In this document: piece after piece, positions 1-12,489 of the stretch | Layout of the letters: each line of letters opens with the position of its first letter | Numbering within the stretch: position 1 is the stretch's first letter | Assembly (NCBI GenBank): GCA_043228905.1 | Contig: JBHGNT010000001.1 | Location: 13,330,001-13,394,000, forward strand | Direction: 5' to 3' | Length of the DNA: 64,000 nt | Origin: Azolla caroliniana | Taxonomy: Eukaryota > Plantae > Polypodiophyta | Notes under the pieces: generated by a model | The model's database searches: none | Told to the model about the DNA's origin: nothing | What the model saw: the letters and a program-made list of their open reading frames with translations, nothing else | Translations under genes and position numbers: made by a program

Positions 1-119
1 TTCCTAATGGTTCTTGCCGCCTTCGAGTAGTACAAAACTGTCATGACACATATACAGCTAGGCATTTTGGTAGTACTAAAACATTAGATTTAGTACAACG
101 ATCATTCTGGTGGCCCCGT

Positions 120-1361
120 ATGCGACAATTTGTCGAAGATTTTGTTCAGACTTGTGATACATGCTGCAGAGCGAAAATGCCAAGGCATCATCCAAGCAAG
201 CCATGGCAATCCATTGCTCTAGACTTCATCACAGATCTTCCAGTCTCTAAGGGGTTCAATGCGATTCTAACAGTGGTAGATCGATATACGAAGATGGCTC
301 ATTTCTTGCCATGTACTAAGGAAATCTCCAGTGAAGACACCGCCGAAATTGTCATGCATGAAGTATGTCGGCATCATGGACTTCCCGATAGTATCATCAG
401 CGATCGTGGACCCCAGTTCGTGTCAAAATTCTGGAAGCACCTTTTTAAAATGCTCAAGGTCACTTGTAACCTCTCCTCTGGCTACCACCCACAAACTAAT
501 GGCCAAGCCGAACGAACAAATCAAACGTTGGAGCAATATCTACGGTGCTTTCTTAGCTATCATCAGGATGATTGGGTAGATATTCTCCACTTCGCCGAAT
601 TTGCCTATAATAACTCTATCCACGCATCGACTAAAGTTACGCCATTTTATGCTTATACGGGATATCACCCCCGGTGGTGTGTACTTGAAACCCTAGAGGT
701 GTCCACAAATCCTTGCGCGGAGGATCGTTTGGAGCGGTTACACAAGATACAAGCGGATTTATCTACTCATCTCCAGCAAGCTCAACAAACACACAAGGTC
801 TATGCGGATCATCATCGACTTCCATCCAGTTTTAACATTGGAGATCGGGTGTGGCTGCTACAACGACACATCAAGACTACTCGCCCATGTGAGAAGTTGG
901 ATTATCGGCGATTAGGTCCTTTCCGTATTATCGGAAAGATTAATGATGTCGCTTTTCGTCTCAATCTACCTCCGCAACTTCAGATACATCTGGTGTTTCA
1001 TAGTTCTCTCCTCGAACCCTATCATGAGAGCACCATCCCAGGACGTATTATTCAACCACCACCCCCGATCGAGCTTGAAGATGAACCGGAGTACGAGGTT
1101 GCCGCCATCCTTGATTCCAAGATTGTTCGCAACAAGCTCCACTATCTAGTCGATTGGATAGGATATAGTCCCAACGAACGTACTTGGGAACTGATCGAGA
1201 ATTTGACCAATGCTCATGCTCTTCTTGAAGACTTCCATCGTCAATATCCACACAAACTGGGTCCTCAATCCAAAACGACTCGTGACACTCGTCGTTTTAA
1301 AGGGGGGATAGTGTCAGATATGGCAAGACTCGAACCCATGACCTTATGCTACATAGGTTGA
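120..1361 (+). CDS. Gypsy integrase plus chromodomain (C-terminal part of pol; small internal deletion relative to the 58458-60110 paralogue)
   Basis: ORF track 413 aa: CxxC, rve core, GPF motif, chromodomain. Confidence 0.88.
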   Translation: MRQFVEDFVQTCDTCCRAKMPRHHPSKPWQSIALDFITDLPVSKGFNAILTVVDRYTKMAHFLPCTKEISSEDTAEIVMHEVCRHHGLPDSIISDRGPQFVSKFWKHLFKMLKVTCNLSSGYHPQTNGQAERTNQTLEQYLRCFLSYHQDDWVDILHFAEFAYNNSIHASTKVTPFYAYTGYHPRWCVLETLEVSTNPCAEDRLERLHKIQADLSTHLQQAQQTHKVYADHHRLPSSFNIGDRVWLLQRHIKTTRPCEKLDYRRLGPFRIIGKINDVAFRLNLPPQLQIHLVFHSSLLEPYHESTIPGRIIQPPPPIELEDEPEYEVAAILDSKIVRNKLHYLVDWIGYSPNERTWELIENLTNAHALLEDFHRQYPHKLGPQSKTTRDTRRFKGGIVSDMARLEPMTLCYIG

Positions 1362-1722
1362 GCTCTTACCATTAGACTATGTATTGTAATACGAAAGATA
1401 TTATTTTCATTTAAGTTTTATTATAGGAAATTGATGTATATTCTAGAGTTCTCTGGAACATTCTAGAAACTTCAGGAGTACTCCTAACAACACTATAAAA
1501 GGAGGCACAAGGCATTATTTCGAACCAAATCGGTTCAACGTCAGTCTTAAGCCTCCTAAGTACTATTGTACATTCTCTTCACATAATATATATCTTTTCT
1601 TATCATCACTCTCTCTCTCTCTCTCCATCCCTCTCACTCACTCTTTCCTTCTCTCGAGAGTTCAGTTCTTCACCTCTCTTAGTACTAATTCCTTCTCGAG
1701 AGAATTAGTACTGTTCTTGACA
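1312..1722 (+). repeat. 3' LTR (411 bp) of the chromovirus
   Basis: TGTCA/TGACA termini, TATA (CTATAAAA ~1493), CT-rich tract, and a hairpin AGTACTAATTC...GAATTAGTACT at 1681-1712. Confidence 0.85.
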
Positions 1723-3929
1723 ACCTCCAAGCGACCAAAGCACGTCGCGGACGAGTCCGAAACATGACAAAGGAAAGGCCAAAATGCCAGAGTACGAAGA
1801 CTTAGATGGAAATGAATCGACTCACTCACCCGACAGTGAGTATGGTGGACTAGATATGCCCATCATGAGGACACCAGGAGAACCACTTCGCTCCACCCGA
1901 ATAAAGAACGTAGTCAGTCGATTAAGCTACAATGACTATATGGCATATCATTATGCATTCATGATGAAGGTGACGATAGTCTGAGAACCGGAAACCTTTT
2001 CCGAAGCCGTGAAGGACCCTAGATGGGTCGAAGCGATGAATGAGGAGATGCATGCACTCTCCAAGAACGAGACATGGGATCTCATCCCTTCTTCACACCA
2101 CCAAAAGGAAATTGGATACCAGTGGATATTCAAGGTGAAGCACAATGCCGACAACATTGTCAATCGGTACAAGGCCCAGCTTGTGGCGAAGGGCTACGCG
2201 CAGACGCACGGTGTCGATTACGAAGAGAACTTTGCCCCAATGGCAAAGATGACTACAATTCGAACTGTGAACCTAACAGCAAAAGGGTGGCACCTCCACC
2301 AAATGGACGTAAAGAATGCCTTCCTTCAAGGCGAGTTAGACAAAGAGGTGTACATGGTGCAACCTCCTAGATTGTGTCAGGTATGCATCCGACTGCTATC
2401 TGCCGACTCAAGAAGCCTCTCTACCGTCTCAAGCAGGCACCGAGAGCATGACATTCGAAGGTAACCCAATATCTTCATCAAATCGGTTTTCAAATGTCCA
2501 AGTCTGACAACTCTCTGTTCATCCAGAATGACTCTAGAGGATAGATATTTATCATCATTTATGTGGATGACTTGGTAATAGGAGGAGAGCATTTAGCAGA
2601 TATCGAGCACATCAAGAAGCTCCTCTCCAACTAATTCGAAATGAAAGACATGGAGGAGTTTCATTACTTTTTAGGAATAGGAGTAATGGACTCATGACGA
2701 CATCATGCTTTCTCAAAGGCACTATATCCTCAATCTTCGTTATAAGTTTGGGATGACACAGTGTAAGCCCATCACTACCCCTCTCGATCGAAATCTAAAG
2801 CTAGATGCCAACTCAGGCACAAGAGAGTGTGAGTTGATGATCTATCGTCAGCTAGTTGGAAGCCTCATCTACCTCACAATTACCCAATCCGATTTGAGAA
2901 GCAAGTGCTAAGGTATGTGAGTGGAACCATGGATTTCAACATCCTCTACAAATCAGCCACACTGATACGACTCGAAGGGTACAAAGATGCCGATTGGGCC
3001 ATCTACAAAGCCGATAGACGATCAACCTCAGGGTTCGTCTTCTCCCTCGGTAGTGGAGCCATCTCTTGGAGTAGCAAAAAGCAACCGACAGTCGCACTAT
3101 CGAGCACCGAAGCCGAATACAGGGGCGTGACTGTCGCCGCATGTGAAGTCATTTGTCTTGATAACAGAATCTTGAAGAATCTGGGCATTCCCATCAAGGA
3201 TCCGATTCTCCTCTACTGCGACAACATGAGCAGTATTCACCTCGCTCGGAACCCAGTTTTCCATGCTCGAACTAAGCACATCGAAGTGCCCTATCACTTC
3301 ATCTAAGAGCATGTCCTAGCCAGGGATGTTGACCTGCAACACATCAACACGAACCTGCAAAGAACCGACATCTTCACCAAGGCCCTGGGAGTCAAAAAGC
3401 TACGGTAGTTCACGATGAACCTGGGTCTTTCGATTGTTGACCAGCTGAGCTTGAGGGGGAGCGAAGACCAACAGGAGTGAACCGGCCATTCAAAGCTGAA
3501 GCCGGAGTTGACTCAAAGCTGACCCGAAGACCAGTCTGAACCAACCATCCGACGATCCGACGACCAGAAGTTGTGTTTGAAGGGGCGTGTTGAGAATCAA
3601 ACTCAACTTCCCATGTGTGGGAACACACTCTAAGATACTCAAGTGTGTGACCACCCCACCTCCTTGTATAGTAACTATCCTATGACACATATTCTTGAAG
3701 TAGTTAAGACATGACCTCTTTCCCAAGAGGTTGTACTAGTGAGAGAACTTAGAGAGAAGGTGACTACATAAGCACTTTCTCCTTCTCTTTGTAACTGTTG
3801 GTAATTCTTGCTTCCTTTGTAATACAATTTTCCTGTTTTTCTGTAATCTTGAGCTCTCTCACTCACTCTCTCTTTCCACACACACACACACAATTCTTCC
3901 ACTGCACAAAATCCATTTGATTCTTTACA
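1723..3929 (+). mobile_element. Degenerate Ty1/copia retrotransposon, 3' part (RT, RNase H, 3' LTR 3588-3929)
   Basis: HQMDVKNAFLQG, YVDD, DADWA...RRSTSG, SSTEAEY and HARTKHIEV motifs with stops and frameshifts. PPT GAAGGGGCG then TGTTGAGAATC...TTCTTTACA; same family as 36808-41706. Confidence 0.92.
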
Positions 3930-5258
3930 ATCGCTTTGTTTTGCACATGATCAAATATTCATAATCTTTGATTAGCATATTCTATGGTTTGCCAAACCAT
4001 CTTAGAGCCCACACAAACATTGACTAAGTTGAATTGAAGTTTATTAACAATTTACCAAAGTTTAGTGCTTGGTTGGAGCTCAAAGGTTCATTATGTGCAA
4101 ACTCTCTATGTTTCATCAAAGGCCTAATTTAAAAAATCGTTGCATGTAATCTCCCCATGCATTAAATGACATCCAATTTGTAAATAGCCAAATATTCTCT
4201 CACTTTTTTGGAATGCCCTTTGCGCAAACATTTGGTGATGGTGGTGGAGCAAGCATTCTGATGACATAAAAGATAACCTAAACAACAAAGCTAGCAAGAT
4301 CTAAACCATCTCAAGATCCAACCATATGTACAAATCTATATGTTTTTCTTATATGTTATAACTTATAAAGCTTTTATTTGTGTGTGAGATATAGAGTGAT
4401 AGATACATAGATAACATCCTCCCAATTGTAGTCCATTTGGGTAGAGACCAAACACATCTTTTATTTTTGTGTGTGAGGTGAGAGATAGATACATTGATGA
4501 CATCCTCCCATTTGTGGTCCATGAGACGGGGCCTAGCCCATGGGGAGGATCAAACAGCCCATGGGGAGGATCGAACTTGTGCTCTCACAAATTGAGAACT
4601 TTCATACTACAATGTAAAACCACCAACCCAACAACCAAAGAGAGAGAGGCATCGTTCTTTTGAAGAAAGTAGTGACCAACAAATTCTCATAATGAAGAAC
4701 CACCAAACTTGAAGTGCAATACATACTCTTATCAAACTAATGTTTTTATTTTGAAGTACAACAAGATGGACACAAACATAAGATATAAAAGAGGATCCTC
4801 GAATAGTGAGCAAATGAGTTATTGATCCAATTGAGAATAATATATCATCTTTCAGTGCCATGAGGTTCGATCAAAAGATAAGTACAATAATGGTAGCTCA
4901 CAACCATGATAATGTTTTCGATCGAACTTTTCAAGGTACTCTCTTTCATCGTTCATAATTTCAAATAAAATAATAACTTGTTGTTCCATGTGGAATCAAA
5001 TAGCACTCTATTTACATATCATCCTAATATACAAACTCTTTAAGCTGATGAAGAAAGAACATAAGGTAGCCAGCCTTCTCAGTCTGTGGTAAGTACAGGT
5101 CTTTGATCTACAATGAGCCGTGCATTATTTTTGCTCAGGAAAGAAACATCACCCACCTTTGTTGTAATGTGAATTTCCTCAAGCGAAGCTAATGATGTTA
5201 CAAGCATGATATTTCAGGGGTGACTAGTATGCTGCAGCTCATATAAATGATGTGAACA

Positions 5259-8200
5259 TCATGTGTTCTTCTCCAAGACAGACAATGCTGGTGTCAAATA
5301 ATTGTTTGATTTATCGGGTAAATGCGCCACCTGTTATTCAATGAAGAAACATGAAAACATGATTATATGACACTTTTTTAAGTAACGGAATGCAGGGCTA
5401 TATAACAGTGATTCTTCAGGAAAAGAGGTAAAAACTATCATTAAATACAAAGTTTACAAAGTGCTGATTCTTGGACATGGAGAAAGATGTTAAAAAACAA
5501 AAAAGTGATGGATACATAATACTGGTTCTTGCAAAATGAGGTAAAAAACATCATCAAATATTTAACTATGCATGGAGATGAGAGAGAGAGAGAGAAAGAG
5601 AGATTACAAGCTCATATAGCCCTTGTCCTTGCTCAGCTACATATTCATAGCATACCTGCACACATAAAAGAAGGCAGTAAGTACCACTATTTTTTATACC
5701 GAGGAAACCAATAAAACAAGTTCTGATACCAGGGCTTTTATGGCAAGATACAAGTAACAATTGGCAATGGTTTGGTTCGGTTCGGTTCGGTTTGAGAGTG
5801 TCAAAACTGAACCTTTTAAAAATTTTGAATCTTGAACTGAACCGAACTGAACCACGAAACCGTTAAAAAAAATTCAACCGTTAAACCATTAAACAGTTAA
5901 AACCGCGGTTTCATGTTCAGTTTCAGTTTTCAACTTAGATCAAAATTCCAATTTTAAATTTTAAAATTTTAAAATATTTAATATTTTAAATTTAATTTTT
6001 CAAAATTTTAAAGAATTTCCTAAATGTGAGAATAAGGCTTGAAAATGAAAAGATTGTTTAAAATTTAAATAATAAAAAAACCCGTTAAACCGTTGAAACC
6101 GAACCGAAACATTTTTTTAAAACCTGAACTTGAACCCAACCGTTTTAACAGTTAAACCGCAGTTTCGCAGTTTGGTTCGGTTTGAACCGAACCGTTACCG
6201 ACTGTTAGATACAAGGTAGACAACAGAGCTTACATCAAAGCTTTTGTTTCGGGCAGCTGGATTGTGTAAAGCCTTGACACAGATATCAGCTACATCAGCA
6301 CAGCTTATTCCCTATGAAATCATAAAAACCCTATCATCAACTCAAACCTTGTGTTGAAACCTCTACCAAATATAAGCCTACTCAAGAGCCTTACTTGAGA
6401 AATCCTGTTCCCTTGATCAAAGACGAGGGCACGTTGACCTCCTGGTTCATCCTATCAACCACATCGTGATAATAAGTGAGGACATTACAAATAACATAGA
6501 ATAGCATAAAAACATAATACTAACATACTGATACAATGATCACACACCTGTAATGGACCTGGCCGGATGATAGTATATCCAAGCCCAGAGTTCCTTAGAG
6601 CAGCCTCTCCAGCCTTCATTAGAATGAGCACAAATAAATTTAGCAGCATCTTTTACACAATCCCTAAGCCCTATCAAAACAATTCATTACAGCCTAAAGC
6701 CCAATGTGAAAGCATTTCCTTTACAGATGGTTTGTCAAGTTAATTTTTTACTTCCCTACACCCACCTGTTTTTACCTAATAGAAATTCTAGATTTCAAAT
6801 ACATGAGCATGGTCATGTCAAGATTATGTTTTGCAACATTAAGGTTACAGATTCAGGTCTCTCAAGCAATCTCTTTGATGTTGCGTTCATTATAAACTCT
6901 AAATAAATATAGTTCGAGAGCATGATAATGGTTTACTCCTCTGGAAAATGGCTTTACAGCGGTGATGTCAACAGTTTACAATGTTAGCACGGGAAACTCC
7001 TTTCTAACCTGCTTAACTTTGAGGACCTTCTCACGTTCATCATCATCAAGTCCTGCTCCAGTACAGGAGAGCAACACAAAATCTGTTTCTTGGCCCCCCT
7101 GTCAGCACAGATTTACCAAAAACAAGATTCGACTTTCCAGTTCACTGCTCATCTTCCAACTTTTACACTTGATTTATTCGAATAGCATCATTACCGGTAA
7201 TGCTTTAATATAATCTATCACCAATTTGAAACTGTTGTTATCTCTATTGGTTGCTGGGGCTGTACTCCCGTTTCGAACAGGGGGCGGCCTCTGCAAAACA
7301 TTTCATTCAAAATATGTGGTGTCATACAAAAACAGATAACCAAAGAATTAAGATCAATCAAATACCTGTTTCCGTGGTTCAAATCGAATGGTCAGTGTGT
7401 GCACTGAAAAAGGATCTAACGCTGGGTCTTCAGGATTAACCGGCCTGAATGAGGAAAATGGTACCCTTACCTGCGCAGAAAAGAAATGATGTCATTACAC
7501 AATCAATTCTATGAAAAGTTATCCCAAGTAAAATCCAATTCTCAGAAGTGTATGTGGGCTCTACAATGTTTTCTATATCTTTCTTAATTTCAACTTTCGG
7601 GCTGTTGCTACTGTTTCTACTGCCCCCTTCTGTACCTACGGCACTTTCTACCGCACCCGTGGACTATTGTATATGGTCTTTCACAGTAGTTTTTACTTCA
7701 TATATTTAATAATGAAAAGAAAAACTAATAGATTTATATTTGGTCTCTCACCCTACTATACCCAATTCGGGTGGTAAATCTTGAAAAGTAAAGAATTCTG
7801 TGGGAGGGGTCATCCATGGAGCATGCTTCAAGTATCAGGCTATACACTTTTCCATCTCCACACACCGATAGGACCAAGCCTTCATATCTGGAGATTGAGA
7901 TTAGAGTTGTACATTTGTTGATAGAAATACAGTTGACCATATACCCTTAAACCAGAATGAATTCACCAAGTACCTATCCAAGGAAATACCAGGTGAGAAT
8001 GAAAGCTTCTTCACCATCTCTACATAGCCGCCTCGTGTAAACACATAACCTACACAATACTCCATATAATGGGTTTCTTGGAAAATTGAGAGAATAATAT
8101 AAAGCAGCAGGGTAAAATTTCAAACTAGGTAGGTGTACCTGAGAAAACTGCATTACCATCCTCTCCAATCTGAAGATCAGCACTCATACCTCCATCGAAC

Positions 8201-10434
8201 TTGACAGCAATATCGTCAGTAAAGTATGTTCCTTGCAATACTGTCCATGCCTCCTTCTCCTTTGGCTGACTGAATTTTGATATAAGGAGCTTGCTCTTGC
8301 TACTTCTTCCGGCCCTTGCTTGAGCTAGCCTATGGTTGTAGTCCTGTGGTTCAAGGATCTTAATCATCTAATTGAGAAGTAAACATAAAACTTTCCGCCC
8401 AACAGAAAACCCCTGGGGTGAGGTGCTCTCCCATGCCTCATTGTCCATTTATACCCATGGGAGAGAACCAACACGACCTGGTACCCTCAGGAAGTGGCAG
8501 TGCACTCACCATCAAAGAGAGAGATATATTATCCCTGCTACAAAGGGGATAGCCGCCAAAAATATCAAGAGGAATTGCACAACAGGGTTTCTTTCTACCC
8601 CTTATATATGTATACAAACAAGTTTAATCCCAAATCTATGTCATAATGCATCCCCATGGACCACTCTTTGGCCCAATTCACTTGAGTTGCATATTCTTGT
8701 ACATTTGGAGGCTGGGGAATGTGGGAGTTCCAAGCACAGAAAATGTTGAAAATATATGCAAAAACCTGGAAAGCTTTTGCTAAGTTGTAGACGCCCAGCC
8801 GATCAACTCGGTTGAGATCTCCGGTGATATTAGACCGTGCTCTCGCGCAGAAGATAATTTTGTTGCATCCCTCGACTGCATTCTTGAGTGTCGAAGGCTC
8901 CCCAACATCACCAACTGCAATCTGCACGGATCTTGGCAGCATCTCTACAATCTCGGGGTCAGCATTACGGACTAATGCCTGTAAATTTAGTGTAAGGATC
9001 TTAAGAACCTCATCAATTATTAACATAAGAAAGAGTAACGAAAGAGTAAATTGGAGAAGGCCGTTGGCATGAGGTTCTCTCAATGTACCATACCATGGGA
9101 GAGCAGCAATGCTCATACCTTGAATGTAACTCTTGGCTGCTAGAAGTTCTCTACCAGTAAACAAAGAACTGCAAAATAATTTGTGTGACCGAGATATGAT
9201 TCATGTGTGTTTGTGGCACATACAATCAGCCAGATAATGAAAAGTGCTTCCATGTCAGTGTGCCATTTCTCTCTGTCACACTTCATGATGTCAAATAATG
9301 TCGATCAGATTAATGAACACAATAATTTTCGTTATCTCTTTGGCATTCACCACTAATTAAAGAAAAAGGACAGACCAAGTTCAGAGTGCATCAACCGTTG
9401 CAACATTGGCCATTACCACTAAATGGGAAAAATCATGTGTCCATATAGATTATTATTTCTCTCTTTGAGATACAATGAGACCGAAATCGGATCAGATTGA
9501 TCAATGCAACATTAATCATTTGTCACTACGTAGCATCCGCAGTGTACAACATACCAAGGAAAAAAACATTTGTCCATGTAGATGATCATTTCTCTTCAGC
9601 ACATCGCAGATGCCAAAGAAGAGACACGATGAGACCAATATCAGATCAGATCTGCTTGACCGGTGCAATATTCACCATTATGTCCTCGGTGCTCACATGT
9701 TCCGACATTGGTGCAACATTGTGAAATGAACAGTAAATACAATATTATGTATGCAAAGATGATGGTCAATCAATGCAATCGATGGAATAAGAAAAAAAAG
9801 AAGGATTGATGGATACAGGATTTATTACCTTGACTTTATAACCACGAAGCTGAAGCTTCCGAATGACGATGCGACCCACTCTGCTAGTAGCTCCGGCAAC
9901 CAGAACTGTGGTAGTGTCTGCCCCAGGTATAGTGAATTCACACATGGGTCCACCCACCAAGACACCATCGAATTCCTCATCTCCTCTAGGCGATCGAGTC
10001 AATTGACCAAGCTCGGTGAAACGACGCCACACATCATCGAACAACTGGCGAGATCGGCGGCCCAACCCAACAGGATTCACGTCTTCCAAGGTCAGAGAAA
10101 CACTATTACTGTTATTACTACTAGAAGTGCTCTGTTTGCTGAGTGGTGTAGGAATCACATCCTCTTCTTTTCCAGTAGTAGAGGGTGTCGGCGTCGTCGG
10201 GGGCGTCGGTGTTGTTATTGTTATTGGAGTGGTTTGATTCGATTCGGATTCATCGCTTGTGGTGGCACAGACAATATGAAGATGGGTTCTGAGATTAATA
10301 TTATTCGTGGTATGGGCTGATCGATTGTGGTGAATTAGGTTGAGCTGTGGCAGAGAGTTGAATTGAAGGAAAGATGAGGATGATGTGGTGGATGTGGCAA
10401 GGGAGGAAAGTCGAGGTAGGAGGGAAGAAGCCAT
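5259..10434 (-). CDS. HCF173: HCF173-like chloroplast protein (atypical SDR/NAD(P)-binding Rossmann fold interrupted by a CIA30 domain; psbA translation factor), 13 exons, ~615 aa
   Basis: GT-AG exons 10434-9829, 8978-8766, 8343-8139, 8049-7974, 7887-7752, 7470-7366, 7290-7195, 7098-7009, 6613-6548, 6451-6395, 6311-6234, 5655-5608, 5330-5259 join in frame (1848 nt). Ser/Thr-rich transit peptide, VLVAGATSRVGRIVIRKL, and C-terminus VAHLPDKSNNYLTPALSVLEKNT as in HCF173. Confidence 0.92.
5755..6207. mobile_element. Non-autonomous hAT-type MITE in HCF173 intron 11
   Basis: 8-bp TSD GATACAAG (5747-5754, 6208-6215), imperfect TIRs TAACARTYGGYAAYGGTTYGGTTC, subterminal AACCG/CGGTT repeats and an AT-rich core. 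Confidence 0.85.
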
Positions 10435-11722
10435 ATCAGCTATGGCGGAGAACACAGAACATAGCTCTGTGTGTGTGTGTGTGTGTGTGAACAGAGGAGA
10501 GAGAAAAGAAGAAAGAAGAGAGAGAGAAAGAGTTAGTAGGTGCAGACGTGGAGCATTCTCCTCCTTCCTTATCCATTTCAGGCCTTTAGAAGCTGAGCTG
10601 TCATGCTGCCTTGTCAGCACTGCAGCGCCAGCCGTACCTCGGGCCCCAACCCACGATACGAGCCCATCCATCGCGTGTGTCGCCCGCCCGCCGCTGCCGC
10701 CCATTGCATGAACTCACACGAGTGTGTGTATAGAGTCTCCACCACCCATCCTCACATACCCACGGACCAAGACCAACCTTCTACCCATGATGTCCTTGCA
10801 CACCTCCTTATCCTCGTATGGTGTGTTACCAGCTCTCTATCTATCTAGCAAAAATGCCCATCTTATATAATGTGGAAAAAAGCTTCTCGCCTTATGCCCC
10901 CGCCTGTGTTCATGGCGATCGATAGGCATTCATATCTCCTCCTTATTGTTTTTTGCTCGCCATTATCGCACATCGTGCATCTCATCTCGCGAGAGCGATG
11001 ATTGCTTCGGGCACTAGACACAACAAATATGTGAAAAGCTTTGGTTGACCACAAATCTTGTGCTACAGTTGTCTTCCTCCCCAATAGATGGATGTTTGGA
11101 TTCCTTGGACATGAAAAGCTTGGCTTTGTCCCTAACATCATGTTACATTTATCTCTCTCCACATGTCATGTTTCCATCCTTAAATAGAGATCATGTTTCC
11201 ATCACATTCGCTAGGACGGTTTTTGACTTACCTTGAAGTAAATGTATGCAAGGACGATTTGTTATTAGCGTTGCCTTTTCGAGGGTGGTTTTCACTCTTG
11301 GAGGAATTTGTCAATGTCAACATCTGTCTAGCAAAAAGCCTTTTTTATTATCAAATTGTTAGTGTATGAACTCTCAAATTAGAGTTACACAAAGTTTGTA
11401 CCATGAGACCACAACATTATACCCCCATTGCTTTACACATTGAAACCACAACCTTAATTTCGCAAACTAAAACATCATCATGTTGATGTGTTTGAAGTTT
11501 TAGGATTTCGATTAATAATAATATAAACCATCAATTGTGGGATGTCTCGTTTATGGGATGCATATATTAATGCATTGATATTGTGCTTTAGCACATGATG
11601 TTTTACTTTATCGATGGCAAACACATTTATTAGTTGTTTAAGGTGGCACTGTAGCATTTCACATACAACAATGTGAAATCATGTGCTTGCTTCCACCTCT
11701 CAAACATATATTTCATGGCCTC

Positions 11723-12041
11723 TGTTGAATCTTGGCTCCACCCCCTCTCCTAGAGGGTTCGGATGTGAGGGGAGAGAGAGAGAGAGATATATATACACAA
11801 AGAATGAGAGAGAGGGAGAGTCGAGACAGACACAGTTGAGGGGTAAATTCACTATATTTCTGCTCTTTTTCATGTCCCATGGGTGGGGGTTTATATAGTA
11901 TACAAGATCAGTACAAAACGCCGAATGGGGGGTAGTTACACCTACTTATCCCACCTCACAGTCACACATTAACATTTCATATTACACCTTACACACCTTC
12001 CACATTACACCTAACCCTCCCGTACACCTATACGGGTAACA
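11723..12041 (-). repeat. Solo LTR upstream of HCF173
   Basis: TGTT...AACA termini, 5-bp TSD GCCTC/ACCTC (one mismatch), minus-strand TATA (CTATATAAA) and a GA tract. Confidence 0.65.
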
Positions 12042-12489
12042 ACCTCAATCAAATTTAAGGGTGTTATTACACGAGATTAGTAGAGAAAAAAACATAATCA
12101 CATGTTTCACATACATCTACGGGAAATGGCATACTCTATTCACCTTTTAGCTTCTTCTCAACCAATATTGCCTCAGAGGATTCTATACTAAGCATACTAC
12201 CCATGTGAAAAGAAAACTTATAGGATGACTTTGGTGATGAAGGGTTAAGAGTTTCCCCTCACTTTTGGGCTAGTTGCAAATAGATTAATTTCCCAAATAT
12301 ATTTCCTAGAATGTATGAATATAATCGAACTTGTGTGATTAGAATAATGTGAATTTGTATGTATGGATGTGAAGCTAACTGATTGAGCTTGTGTCATCAA
12401 AATAATGTGAAATTTATGTATGGATGTGAAGCTAATTGACTTTTTGTGCTTTGATGACTGTGTATATGCGAACATAGGGTTGTACTAAG

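Larger units (their letters stand above)
1..1722 (+). mobile_element. 3' part of a Ty3/gypsy chromovirus (Tcn1/Tf1-like) LTR retrotransposon, inserted into a copia element
   Basis: Integrase (ISDRGPQF, GQAERTNQTLEQ) and chromodomain (EYEVAAILDSK...YLVDWIGY). PPT AAGGGGGGATAG at ~1300-1311, then LTR TGTCA...TGACA. Copia sequence follows the LTR. Confidence 0.93.

Noticed and set aside
4372-4575. Short diverged tandem duplications downstream of HCF173
   Set aside because: These are ordinary local duplications with no structure suggesting function.
10435-10704. N-terminal extension of HCF173 from the ATG at 10704
   Set aside because: It runs through TC/CA microsatellite typical of a 5' UTR. 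The ATG at 10434 begins a typical transit peptide (MASS...).
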